A DNA stretch of 64,000 nucleotides from Eledone cirrhosa (lineage: Eukaryota). Every line of letters starts with the position of its first letter. Position 1 is the stretch's first letter. Below, one piece after another: positions 1 through 12,428 of this stretch. The notes under the pieces were generated by a model that had not been told where the DNA came from, ran no database searches, and saw only the letters and a list, made by a program, of their open reading frames with translations. The DNA is taken from positions 24,986,001-25,050,000 of the forward strand of contig OZ024745.1 in the NCBI GenBank assembly GCA_964016885.1, read 5' to 3'. The translations under genes were made by a program, and so were the position numbers.

Positions 1-520
1 ACACAAATTCGCGAGAATTAGTGTTTAAGGCTTGGAAGGTGGTAAAAAAAATCCACAAAATCTTCCATTCTTTTTTTTTTTTTATTTATTTTTAATAATA
101 TTTAAATAACTGGCGGTTAGAAAAAAATATTCCTATGAAATTTTAATCATACCATTAGGTGTGAATAAGGAAATATTTTTTTATTGTCAAAACAAATGTT
201 CAAAAGTTAAACTTTAATTTTTTTAATTATTTCCAATTTTTTCATGAAATTGAACACTGGACATTGGCTGCTGGAAATGGAAATTAAATCGTATTTAATT
301 GTATTTAAATTTCTAACCTTATTTTATTATTTATATTTTTTCAATAAGAAATAAAAAAAAACAACAACAAAAATTGAAGAAAAAAATTGAACAAATCAAA
401 CGTAGGTTATGGAACTGCGCAATCTGATTAATAAATTACCTCATCAGCAGCAACCTTCTTCAAATGGTCCTTATTATCAGCAGCAACAACCACAAATTCA
501 ATGGCAACCTTCTTCGCATG

Positions 521-811
521 GTGTCAAGTCAGAACCGCCTCGAACTGGTTACTTCTGGCTTGTGCAAGGTGTCTCTATAGCAACCAGCGATTCCCTCGGC
601 CTCAGTAACCAAAGTCAGTGGAGAGGGGAAGGTAATGTTTCTGTAGCACGTGTTTTAGCGTCTATTCACTCTGTCTCTCTCTCTCTCCCTCCCGCTATCC
701 CCCTCTCGTAGTCTGTCTCTTTCTTTCACTCTCACTCTCTCTCTACGCACGTGTTTCCACTGTCGGACAGACAGACAGACAGAGAAATTGCTGGTTATAT
801 ATATAAGTAGA
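521..811 (-). mobile_element. Non-autonomous Helitron-like 5' portion
   Basis: Minus strand starts TC-TACTTATATAT...(CTGT)n; modules recur at 1288-1333, 61201-61330 and 62235-62293. Confidence 0.6.
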
Positions 812-853
812 CTAGCAGAAAACCACCCGGTGGGCGGTTTGGTTTTCTGCTAG

Positions 854-1333
854 TCTATATATCTAAAACAAAGAATGTCTGTCTGTCAGCTCACTAAAAC
901 TTGAGAACCATCCAACCGATTGTTTTCAAACTTTAGACATGTAATACTTATGGTCCTGTGAGTGTTTTGAGCAAAAATTATTTCAAATTTTCAATGCCCT
1001 AGGGACCGCATTAGGCGATTTAGCGTTCTCTCTATATAATTCTTAGTCTTTCTTTTTAGATAGATACATAGATATAACGTTGCGCCCTTATAATAACTGT
1101 CTGTATGTCTGCTGTCTGCATTATGTCATTATGACGCGCTCAGTGTGTGTGTGTATATATATATGTATCGTAATGCAGACAGCAAGACATAGCTTTCCTT
1201 CCCCTCTTCCAACGTCTCTCTCTCTCCCTCCCGCTATCCCCCTCTTGTAGTCTGTCTCTTTCTTTCACTCTCACTCTCTCTCTACGCGTCGGACAGACAG
1301 ACAGAGAAATTGCTAGTTATATATTATAAGGAG
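854..1333 (+). mobile_element. Non-autonomous Helitron-like segment(s)
   Basis: Starts TCTATATATCTAAAAC...(GTCT)n directly after CTAG; 1055-1095 matches 60665-60710 inverted; 1215-1333 duplicates 674-805. Confidence 0.55.
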
Positions 1334-1800
1334 ATAATATATAAGTGTGGTTACCTCCCTTGAAATTTTTTTTTTTTTTTTTTTTTAATACAAGAACGAA
1401 ATGCACATGATGTCGTGTAAAAATTAATATTTATTTAAATGTTTAATCAATTTAAACGTCCGTTTAAATCTAGTAAGCCAAGACAAACTATGGGAGCTAT
1501 CTAGTATCTCTTCCAGTTAAGAAGAGGGAGACAGAGAGTAAATGACAATAGGAAGCAAAATAAAAAAGGTAAAAAAACAATTGCAACTATAGAATAGCTG
1601 AAAGCTTCTGAAGCTGAACCTTTTCGTGGCCTACATGTACTGAAAGATTTGTATATAGTTGGTAGATTTTTGACAATATGTTTCACCTGCAAAGTTAGAA
1701 GTTTTTAAAGACCAACTTCAAGATCCCTCCCTCCTCCTCTCCCCCCCCCCTCTCTCTCTCAAATTGGTAGTTTCTAAATTAGAATAAATAGTGCCAAAGA

Positions 1801-1892
1801 ATTTCTTGTCAGTCTCCACAAGGACACAAGTATTTCTTGTCAGTCTCCACAAGGACACAAGTATTTCTTGTCAGTCTCCACAAGGACACAAG
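1801..1892. repeat. 31-bp tandem repeat x3
   Basis: atttcttgtcagtctccacaaggacacaagt at 1801, 1832 and 1863. Confidence 0.9.
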
Positions 1893-1993
1893 CGATTCCA
1901 TATGATCAGTTCAGGAAAAATTATAATTCAACCCATTCGAATCTAACATAATCTTTGTTTATTAACATTGTTCACTGTCTGCTATATTTTAAA

Positions 1994-3240
1994 CAAGCAG
2001 ATTTACCCGGCGTTACTCGGGGTTTGAAATTATGCTAAGAATATACAGCTAGGAAGTAAAAGAAGAACATTATTTGTCCCCAACCTGTCAAAATAAGCAG
2101 AAGTCTTCAATAATTAATGCAAACGAATATTTAGTGCAATCTTAGTACACATAAACTATGTTGATAATGAAGGAAAACACTGAACAGGATGTAGTTATAC
2201 AAATGATTAAAGACAATATCGTTACAAATCTGTAAAAAAACAGGCAGTTTTGCTAAAGTACAAAAAGTTGTAATGAAAGCAGAGTTGTATACAAACAAAA
2301 AAACAATGAGAGTAGAATAAGAGAAAATCTATTCTTTGAGAGCATCCTTTGCTGTGTATGGTTAAATTTTGAACTTATAATCCAAAATATCCTGCATGAC
2401 ATATTCATTGGTATGTTTTGTAATGAGTAATGTGAAGTCAAGGCAGAGCTGCAATAAGTTTTTTTGTTAACACTAAAGCACTTCAGGATAGACGATATGT
2501 TTTGTTTTTCTTTTCGGCACAAACGCAAAGAGATTATCTTGACTGCCAACTGGTGAGCAGGCAACGTAGAATTGTCTGTGCGAAAAGCAAGGTTCATCCG
2601 AGTGAATTCCAGTGACGGACAGAGTTTGACCTTGCGACTTGTTTATGGACATCGCAAAGGCAACACGAAGGGGAAATTGGGTTCGGCGAAAGGAGAAGGG
2701 AGTATCCACGCCTGATGTAGTCAGGCTAATTTTTGTTATTATCACATCCTCGCCTTTTCCACATCCGGATAGAATGGAAGCGTCAATACTAAGTGGAGAC
2801 AGTTTTTTAACCACAAGACGTGTACCATTGCATAGTTTTGGAGGAGTGATATTTCTCTGCAAAATAACTGGCATTCCCTCTTTCAGAACCAATGTATTAG
2901 GAGGTAAACCAGGAGGATTTAAAGGATTTAGAAATTCAACTCGATAGTTGACCGAATCCTGTGGATCACATACAGTATCAATAGATTTATATATCCGTGG
3001 ACATCCAGGAAGAATCCTGTTCAGTATGTTCCTTCATTGTCAAAAAAGTTTGATGTGTACTAATACAGCTGGAAGCATAGATAATGCCTGCCTCAAATGT
3101 GGACGAAATTACTTTAAAAATGTAAAAGCTGTAGGTCCCAATGGTTTGAATGGAAAGTCCCATAAGGATTGTTCTAAAAATAAACAAACCATCATCAAAA
3201 TCTCGTCAATTCGAGACTGCTGCGAGATTAGGCCCTTAAC
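1994..3240 (-). mobile_element. Internally deleted Helitron with PIF1-like helicase C-terminus
   Basis: ORF 2473-2892 has LCNGTRL, RTQFPLRVAFAMSINKSQGQTL and FYVACS motifs; upstream frame YKSIDTV...EFLNPLNPPGLPP; 3' hairpin 2006-2021 then degenerate CTRR end (CTTG) at 1997-1994. Confidence 0.9.
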
Positions 3241-3559
3241 GCGAAAATTAACACTTAATATAGTGAAACAAGTTAAAACAACAAGTGTATTTTTAACTTT
3301 GAAAGTGCAACAAAGAATAAACAAGAAACAAACGATAATATTAGTGATTTATCTTCAAATTAATCTGATGTTTATATTTCTGAAATTTCATCCGACGATG
3401 ATTTTTGTTTTAAAATTGAAAGTTATTGGAATGATCATGATTAATTATTCTACTGTAAGATCTTCTAGGATTTGTTTCTTTACTATATTTGATTTTATCA
3501 GGATAACCGGCTTTAGAAAGCGCGTTATTATAGTAATTGGCGTTAGCATCAAATATGTT

Positions 3560-4299
3560 TTTATTCGACCTCCTCCAACATCTCCAACATTATCTCTAAA
3601 CACAACAATAAAATACTAAATACTAAATCTCTTCCTTCCAACACTGAATATCATAATAATAGTAATAGTACTCCCGACGTCATTGTTAACTCTAGGCTAA
3701 TTTCTGCAAACCCAAATACAACGTCAAACGCAACTTCGTTAAATGCTCTTAATCCCAATCTAAATCAAGAAACTATTATTCCTATCGTAAATAACTTCTC
3801 CAATCCAATTCCTCCTATAGATAACACTAGGTCACTTGTTAATAACTCTGTTAATTTCTCTAATTGCAATTGTAATTGCCCTGTTAAAAATAAATGTCCT
3901 CTCAACAACCATTGTCTTGAAAAAAACTTAATCTATGAATGTAAAGTTATAACTGACACCAATTCCTTTACCTATTTTGGCTCCACTTCCATCTCCTTTA
4001 AAGCTCGTCTTTATAATCATCATTCGTCTTTTAAATACCAACTTAAAAGAACCAACACTGCACTCTCAGAACTCATATGGTCCTTGAAAGACAAAAATAT
4101 TAACTATAACATCTCTTTGAGGAAGGTTTGTTCTGCTTCTCCATACTTGAATGCCTCTCTATCCAAAACATGTAATCTCTGTTTATGTGAAAAATTTACC
4201 ATTATATCTAATTTAGATTCTATAATAAATAGACGCACTAACTTGTTTTCTCTCTGCTTGCATAAATTCCACAGAACATTCCATAAAGTATACAGCTAA
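3560..4299 (+). mobile_element. Penelope-like element 3' fragment (linker + GIY-YIG endonuclease)
   Basis: Open frame YSTSSNISNIISKHNNKILN...CNC...CPLNNHCL...LIYECKV...YFGST...FKARLYNH...TALSELIW...CNLCLCEK. Confidence 0.88.
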
Positions 4300-4483
4300 T
4301 ATCTAATACTTTACCAATTTAAAATCCTTTTTCTCAAAGGCACATATATATATATATATATATTTCTTTAAAGATATACCCATCTTTCTACCTTATTTCA
4401 CGCCCAGTGGCGTGAATAGGGTTATCGACAACTAGAAACAGCAGTCGAGTCCTTTCAACAGAGTTAGCTCTACAATTAAGGAG

Positions 4484-4695
4484 CCGTATTTATATATCTA
4501 TATCCAAAATTAAGATAAATTAAATGAATTTAATCTAAATCAAAATTATGGGTGTCATGCCAGAAAGACATGCGCCATATCACCCAGAAAATAAGCTCCA
4601 AGATTCTAAGTCTTTCTGGCATGACACCCATAATTTTGATTTAGATTAAATTCATTTAATTTATCTTAATTTTGGATATAGATATATAAATACGG
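4484..4695. repeat. Perfect 86-bp-arm inverted repeat, with a third copy at 5057-5165
   Basis: Arms 4484-4569 and 4610-4695, 40-nt spacer; 5057-5165 is the reverse complement of ~4501-4609. Confidence 0.9.
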
Positions 4696-5161
4696 AAGCT
4701 AATATGATGTGTGTATTTATAGTAAATACAACACGTGGTAATAGCCAGTTGCAGATTTGAACTTGAAGTGTAAGCGCGGATGGCTGGAAATTTTCTTCCT
4801 TGTTGAAAATCCAAAATCTCAACTTATGTGGTTTACCATCTGATTAATTGGTGAAATATATTTCTTTAATGGAATATATACAGGGAAGATTAATCATATT
4901 ATAAGGTATCTATTTTTGAAGTTCTAGTCAACTTTATTTAGTTACCTACCTAGCTATGTGTGGTTACACACTTTTAAAAGTTATCTCCTGTGATTATTCA
5001 TGTTTATATATATGTTAATCAATTTCTAGTTATTATAAAATGCTCGGACCTACTCGTTAGAATCTTGGAGCTTATTTTCCGGGTGATATGGCGCATGTCT
5101 TTCTGGCATGACACCCATAATTTTGATTTAGATTAAATTCATTTAATTTATCCTAATTTTG

Positions 5162-5228
<67 letters not shown>

Positions 5229-8200
5229 CTGTGCATACTCTCCTCTCCTTACGTTATTTCTGTTTGATTTTCCCTTCCCCGTCTCTGCCTATCATTCGCA
5301 CTCACCCCTTCGTTCCACCCCCCACCACCCCCGCTTCACAGACCCTCATTTTCATTCCTCCCCCTGCTTTCACTCCACGCCCACCATGCCCAGCCTGAGA
5401 TCCTTTCTCCACCAACTCCACACTAGCCTCAAACTTTTCCTCACCCCCCTCCTCCCACCCTGCTATCTCCCCTCGGCCCTTCAACTCTCCTACCTTCTCT
5501 TCGCCAAAACCCGGCACTCCAGCCACATCCATTTCCTCAGCCACTGCCTCCACCTCCACCTTATCCCCCCTCGGCTTCCGTCTACACTTCCACACTCCAC
5601 CCCCCGCTTTCCCCTCCACCCAACGTATCCTCACCCGATCCTCGCGCCTCCTAATGCGCAACTCCATCCGCGCCTCCCTCTCCACCATCCGCAAACTTGA
5701 CTACCAACTGACCCCCCACCCTCCTCCGCCTTAACTCCGCCTGCCACCGCCTCCTCGCCCACGCCATCCTCTTCTTCATCCAAAACCTCAACCACGACCT
5801 CTTCTCCTTCCTCACCTCCACCAAAGCCCGTAAGCTACACTCACTCCGCCCAACCACCCCCATCCACCACCACCCGCCCATCCCTATGAGCCCCCCACAT
5901 CCACCCCAACCATCCCCACCACTCTCCACCCCTCCCTCAACACACACCCCTACCCAATCTCCACCCTCCACCTCACCCCTCATCACACCCTCCCTTCCTC
6001 CCTCACACACCCAAACCCCACCACGTGTTGTCACCATACCCCCTGACCTCCCCCTCTCCGCACCTGAGCGCTCACTCCTCAGTAGACGCCTTCGCTTCAT
6101 ACCCCACACTCCGCACAGCGACGAGTTCCGCACCCGAACGGAAGTCGAGCGATTCGTGCGACGCACGAAGCTACAGGCACATTTCGGTCAAACGCCACCG
6201 GCTCCGAACACCCCAGACCCGTTTCTCGCCCTGGGCCGACGACCATCATCTTGGACGCCAGCCCCAGGGCAATTTAGCACCCTGGACGCGTTCGTCGATG
6301 CCAGCCGTAGCCCCGTAAATCGCTTCGACTTCCGCCACCGTTCCAAACGGAATAACATCTCACGGGGCGAACTCCTCGCTCTCCGCTCCCTCCGTAGCCG
6401 AGATGACATCGTCATCAAACCGGCGGACAAGGGAGGCGCCGTGGTGGTGTGGCGCACGGACCTCTACACGGCCGAAGCCCTCAGGCAGCTCCGTAACCCC
6501 CTCTTCTACCGCCTTCTACCCTCCGATCCCATACCCCTCTACCAACAACAAGTTTCGTCCACCATCCAACACCTTATCTCCTCCTCTCTCCCCCCTCCCA
6601 CCGCTTCCCACCTCATCGTCCGCACTCCCCGCACCCCCACCATCTACTTCCTCCCCAACCTCCACAAACCCGACAAACCCGGCCGCCCCATCGTCTCCGC
6701 TTGCAACTGCCCCACCGAACTCATCTCCGCCTTTCTTGACACCATCGTCGCTCCCCTTGTCACATCCCTCCCCACCCACATCTCCGACACCAACCAGGCC
6801 CTGCGCCTTTTCGACTCCTTCACCTACCCACCCGGCCCACAGCCCTTCCTCTTCACCCTAGATATAAAGTCCCTCTATACTGTCATCCCCCACGCCGACG
6901 GTCTACGTGCCCTCAAGCACTACCTCGACCTTCGCCCCTCCTCCATCCCCTCCACCCCCACCCTTCTTCGCCTCGCCGAGCTGGTCCTCACCCTCAACTG
7001 TTTCTCCTTCTCGGGTGAGTTTTTCCAACATGTCACGGGGGTAGCCATGGGTTCAAGAATGGGCTCAAACTATGCCAACCTTTTCGTTGGCCATGTTGAG
7101 GCCCAAATCTTTGCCCAGTACACCGGCCCCACGCCCGAACTGTACGGTCGTTACATCGACGACTGCATCGGAGCCACGACCCTCACCCGAGAACAGCTTG
7201 ACTCCTTTCTCTCCTTCTTCTGCTCCTTCCACCCCTCCCTCCACTTCACCACCTCTATCTCCACCACCCACGTCCACTTCTTAAACATCTCCGTCGCCTT
7301 CGACCCCTCCCACCACTCCCTCGTCACCTCCGCCTTCTTCAAACCCACCTCCTCCCGCTCCTACCTCGACTTCACCTCTTCCCACCCTACACACACTAAA
7401 CCCTCTATTCCCTACTCCCAACTCTTCAGGATCCGCCGCCTCTGTAGCCGAGATGCTCACTTTGAGTCCCAATCCCTTTCCCTAGTCAGCCAATTCATCC
7501 GCAGAGGTTCCCCCCTCTTTCGTCCACACCGCTCCACCACCCTCACCCACGCCACCACACACCCACCCACCGTCTCTCCTTCCCCATCACCTACCACCCC
7601 TCCACCATACCCCTCCACCACACCATCCTCCGCCTCTTCCGACCCCTCCAGTCCGACCCCTCCACCTCCCACATCTTCCCAGCCTTACCACTCCCCCTCC
7701 TTCAAACGCGCACGCAATCTCCGCACCCTCCTCGTCCACAGCTCCCTACCCCAACCCACGCTCTCCTTCCCACCCCGGTTCCTTTGCCTGTTCCAGGCCC
7801 TGTTGCAACACCTGTCCCCACATCACCAACACCACCACCTTCCAGGGTCCCAACGGCCACTCTCTCTCTGTCCGGCATGCCTTCCGCTGCACCTCCTCCA
7901 ACCTAGTCTACGAAATTCGCTGCACGGAGTGCAGCGCAACCTACGTCGGACAGACTGGACCTCGCCTGGCAGACCGGTTTACCGAACACCTCCGAGATAT
8001 TCGTCTCGGTGGTAGTTCCCCCATCGCCCGCCACTTTGGTGCCCCTGGACATTCCGCGCACCACCTCACAGTCTGTGGCCTACTCCAATGCCACGGAACA
8101 CCCGCCACTCTCCTCAGGGTCGAACAACGAACCATCTTCACCCTACAGACCCACACTCCCCCCGGCCTGAACTCCCCACCCTTATTCCTTTAGCCTTCGA

Positions 8201-9113
8201 CCGCCCCCTCCCCCCACACATATCCCCCACTAACACCACTAACACACCCCTCTTTTTCACCTCCCACCCCACAACTAACAATACTAACAGCTCCACCCCA
8301 CACCCGACCACCCTTCCCCAACTAACATACTAACATCCCTCCCTTCTTCCCCCCCTCCCCTTATCACACGCACACACCCACCGGTACATATATACACGCG
8401 CTCACACTAAACACACACTCTACTACCACCACTAACCCTCACCCCCACACATTCACCCCCCCCCCCCCGCAACTAACATCACTAACACCCCCCGACCCCA
8501 CGCACACGAACACACACACCCACTTACACCACCCACTCTACACGCACTAACATCACTAACACCCCCAACCCTACGCACACGAACACACACACACACTTAC
8601 ACCACCCACTCTACACACCCTACCACCACTGACCCCCACTCACACCCGCATTCAACCCTTTCCCCACCACCAGCATACTAACACCCACTAACACCCACTT
8701 CACCACACACACACTCATCCAAACACGGACACACACACCAGTACACTACACTCCCTCCACCGGACCCACACCCTTCTCTCCCCGCTCCACCCACACCCTT
8801 TCTCACACACACACATCCCACTAACACCTCTACTAATACACACACACACCCTCATCACTCCAACTTTCACACCTACCCATCCTCTCTCCTGTCCACCGCA
8901 CTTCCGCACACACTGACACACCGACTTTCTTCACTTACCATTCTCCCCGACTGCTGCTATGCCCTTATCTCTGACCACCTCCCCGCACATACAGACACAC
9001 AACCCTCCTCCTGCCTTGACCCTCTGACCACTTCCTGTTGCGCGCGCACCCCACATCTCCCCTCTTCCGACCAACCCAACCAAGGATTACACATATTGGA
9101 CATCGATCCCTAG

Positions 9114-9584
9114 ATAATGAAATTATTGTGTACAGTGCTCAGGTGCACTACAACTCATCAAAGGTGCATGTATAGTACATAGAATAATGTACAAATGTCA
9201 GGAAAATAAACAGTGTATGAGTCATGATATAATAACAATAACAATAATGAAATATTGTGCACAGTGCCCAGGTGCACCACAACCCATCAAAAAAGTGCAT
9301 GTACAGTACATAGTGCAATGCACAAACATCAGTAAAATGAACAGTGCACGAGTCATGATACACACATGTGTGCATTTGTATGGAAGGGGCACATCAGGTG
9401 TAGTTTTGGCGTATTTCGGGAAGCATGAGTGTCTTAAAGGATGCAGTGTCTCGGCAGCTAACAATTGACGCAGGCAGTTTGTTCCATGCTTCAGCAACTC
9501 TGAGCGTGAAAAAATGTCTGCGAAAGTCATGGGAGCTGTGCTGTTTTCTTATCTTGTAGGCATGTCCACGTGTGTTAGACACAT
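9114..9584 (-). mobile_element. 5'-truncated CR1 LINE 3' end nested in the PLE 3' region
   Basis: NTRGHAYKI...RRHFFTLRVAEAWNKLP; near-identical to 46874-47333. Confidence 0.9.
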
Positions 9585-10122
9585 GCAACCACATCGCAAG
9601 GATATTACCCAGCATTCCACCACATCCTCTACGGAACTACCTTAATGACTCATCCACTGACATACACTCAGAAAAATTTGTTTCCCACACGCCACCTACA
9701 TCCACAACACGGATAAACACCACACACACGTGCGTACCACCGCATATTTACACACACAGCCTCCGGAATTCTCTCCCCCACCCCTCTGACCCCTCCGCAT
9801 CCACACACGCGCACACACACACCTCTTCCTGAACATGCAACCCCGTTCTTCCCCCAACTCTTACTTTCACATACACACACACACCACCTTCAGCCCTCCC
9901 CGCTCAGACACCCCGCCTCCCTCTCCCCACTCCACGCTCCACCACCCCTACACGCCCCACACCCTTCCACCACCTGTTTTACTTCATGTTTATTTTTATT
10001 TTTATTATGCTTTTATATTTAATTTAATTTATACCGTTTCCTCTCACCCCCCCCCCTTTTTTTCTATATGTCTCTCCACCACTCCCCTACACACCCTTGG
10101 AACTCTCTTCCCACACACTTTT

Positions 10123-10156
10123 CACCTGAAGAAGGGCTTATGCCCGAAACGTCGTT
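10123..10156 (+). ncRNA. Minimal type I hammerhead ribozyme in the PLE 3' end
   Basis: CTGAAGA-A-GGGC-TTAT-GCCC-GAAA-C-GTC; palindromic ACGT stem III; stem I only ~2 bp. Confidence 0.75.
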
Positions 10157-11057
10157 CCCCACCACCACCCCACTCTCAAGAGCGTGAAACTAATAAACCT
10201 TTGTTCGTACTGCCTCTGTTTTGTTCCCGTTCAATTTTTTACTATATATATATATATATATATATAGTAATAATTGTTTCTACTTTAGGCACAAGGTCAG
10301 CAATTACCCAGTGCATTACTGGTACTTTATTTTATCGACCCCCGTAAGGATGAAAGGCAAAGTCAACCTCGGCGGGATTTAAATAATAAATACAAATACC
10401 AAAATCCAAAGAGGGCTTTATAAGAATTGTATATATATATTATTAGTACAGATTAAAGTTTAAGCAGATAATTTCTGCTTTCACCCCACATGGGATCTTC
10501 CGAAACTGAGAAAAACTAATCTGTAGATGCACAGTTTCAGAAGTCTTTGAGTGAAATTCTTTGCTTAAACTTTAATATATATATATCATCATCATCATCA
10601 TCATTTTACGTCCGCTTTTCCCTGCTTGCAATAATTTAAATATTTGCCAAAACTGAGGTGCGTCTTATAAATCGTCAAATATGCCAATGTTTGTTGTTGT
10701 TGAGCCCTAGGTCAGCCCTCATTGAGCAGACCTATGATTAGAGGTGCTTCAATCATGACCATGCAGTCTTTTATTCTGTTTGTAAAACTACATCATTAAA
10801 TAACCTTTTTAAGGATGATAGAGTATGAATTGGGAGAAGTACTTATTGCAGAATCTGAAGAGAGGAGGAAGAGAGAGGATTTTTAAAAGATGAAGAAAAT
10901 AAAGCAAGAAATATTAACTATGTTGGAGAGAATATGCAGCTAGTTTGTTCAGAAGATCAGGGGCTGTAGTATGTTAGTGAGTTAGTTTTGCCAACAAGCC
11001 AAATGGAATTTTTGGTTTAATTCTTAATATGCACTGCATGAAACTGCATTAGCAAGA

Positions 11058-12170
11058 TCATCATCATCATCATTTTACGTCCGCTTTTCCCTGCTTGCAA
11101 GGGTGGGACAGGTCTTATTCAGCACAGCATCTCTCCACTTGTCACGGTCCTTCGTCATCTCCACCGTGAGCTTCAGCGATCTGAGGTCTATTCTCACCAC
11201 CTCCGCCCATATTTTTCGTGGTCTACCTCTACCACGTCTTCCTTCAACTGGCATTTCCTGGCACTTCTTCACCCATCGGTCATCCTCCATGCGCATCACA
11301 TGTCCATACCACCGCAGTCTCCTCTCTCGCACACTATATTCTATCCCTCTCAGACACAGTTTCTCTCTCAACACATCCATGCTGGGTCGTTTTCACGCAC
11401 ATTGACATTGCACATCCAACGGAGCATGCTTGCCTCATTTCTCGCCAGCCGTCGCATATCCTCTGCAGTTGCTTCCCAAGTCTCACTACTATACAGCATC
11501 GTGCTCCTCACATAGGCATCATATAACCGGCCTTTCGTACGCAGGGAGAAACCCTTCTTCGTCAGCAGAGGAAGCAGCTCCCTAAACTTCTTCCAACCCG
11601 TCCTTATTCTAGATACTATGGCCTCTGAACACCCCCTCATATGCTAATCCGATCTCCTAGGTACCGGAAGCTATCAACCACTTCTATAACACTCGCCTGC
11701 ATTTGAAAAATGTGTCTATCAATGCGACTTCTACTGTCTAATTTCCCTGTACATCTACTGCATACGTATTTCTCCCTACCTGTTAGTTTGCCTGCTATCC
11801 CACTACATCTCTTGTGTACCCAGGATCTGCATTGTGTGCATTTTATAGAATTTATGCCAGTTCCTTTTCTGCATATCGAACATGGCCATTTCCCTGATGG
11901 AATCAGAGTTTTGTCCTCTTTTCTACTCATCAACACTTTTGTCTTAGCTAAGTTCACTCCCAGTCCTCTTGATTCCAACTGCTGTTTCAATAGCCAGAAT
12001 TTATTCTCTAGCTCCTCTACTGATTCTGCTATAAGAACCAGATCGTCAGCATAGAGAGGTTCCCATGGGCAGCCAGTCTTAAACTCCTCCGTTATGGCTT
12101 GGAGAACTATAACGAATAAGAGTGGGCTGACAACCGAAGACTGGTGAACTCCTACTTGTATCTGGAATAC
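11058..12170 (-). mobile_element. RTE LINE family A, 5'-truncated, (GAT)n tail
   Basis: YADD region, PHD-like Cys cluster, FRYLG, MLYSSETW, RRLRWYGHVMRM...RGRGRPRKIW; frameshifts. Confidence 0.92.
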
Positions 12171-12428
12171 CTGACGCTTTTCCTATTACCCACTCTACTA
12201 CCTTAAGTATCGGTACTAAGTGCGTTATAGTCCACCTGGTTTCATACCACACTTTCTTTGTATATTTAAATATACATGTATATATATATTTAAATGTATA
12301 TGTATATATATTTAAATGTATATATATATATATTTAAATGTATATGTATATATATTTAAATGTATATGTATATGTATATATATATATATTTAAATGTACA
12401 TGTATATTTATATTAAATGTATATGTAT

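Larger units (their letters stand above)
5227..10242 (+). mobile_element. Near full-length Penelope-like retroelement (RT + GIY-YIG, Neptune-like), frameshifted
   Basis: N-term SHIHFLSHCL..IPxGFRL; RT motifs IKPADKGGAVVV, RPIVS, LDIKSLYT, GVAMGS, RYIDD, SSHP..K.SIPYSQ; shifted C-term CSRPCCNTC...NLVYEIRC...YVGQT...RFTEH...GLN, stop ~8193; long C/A-rich 3' region; (TA)n at both flanks. Confidence 0.92.

Noticed and set aside
409-711. Q-rich 100-aa protein gene
   Set aside because: Most of the ORF lies in a repeat module also found at 61.2 kb; no exon structure.
2948-3619. 223-aa plus-strand ORF
   Set aside because: Antisense to Helitron remnants and runs out of frame into a PLE fragment; no motif.
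7780-8193. Selenocysteine (UGA) recoding in the PLE, as in Naiad elements
   Set aside because: Cys positions of the linker and GIY-YIG region use TGT/TGC; the disruptions are frameshifts, not in-frame UGA.
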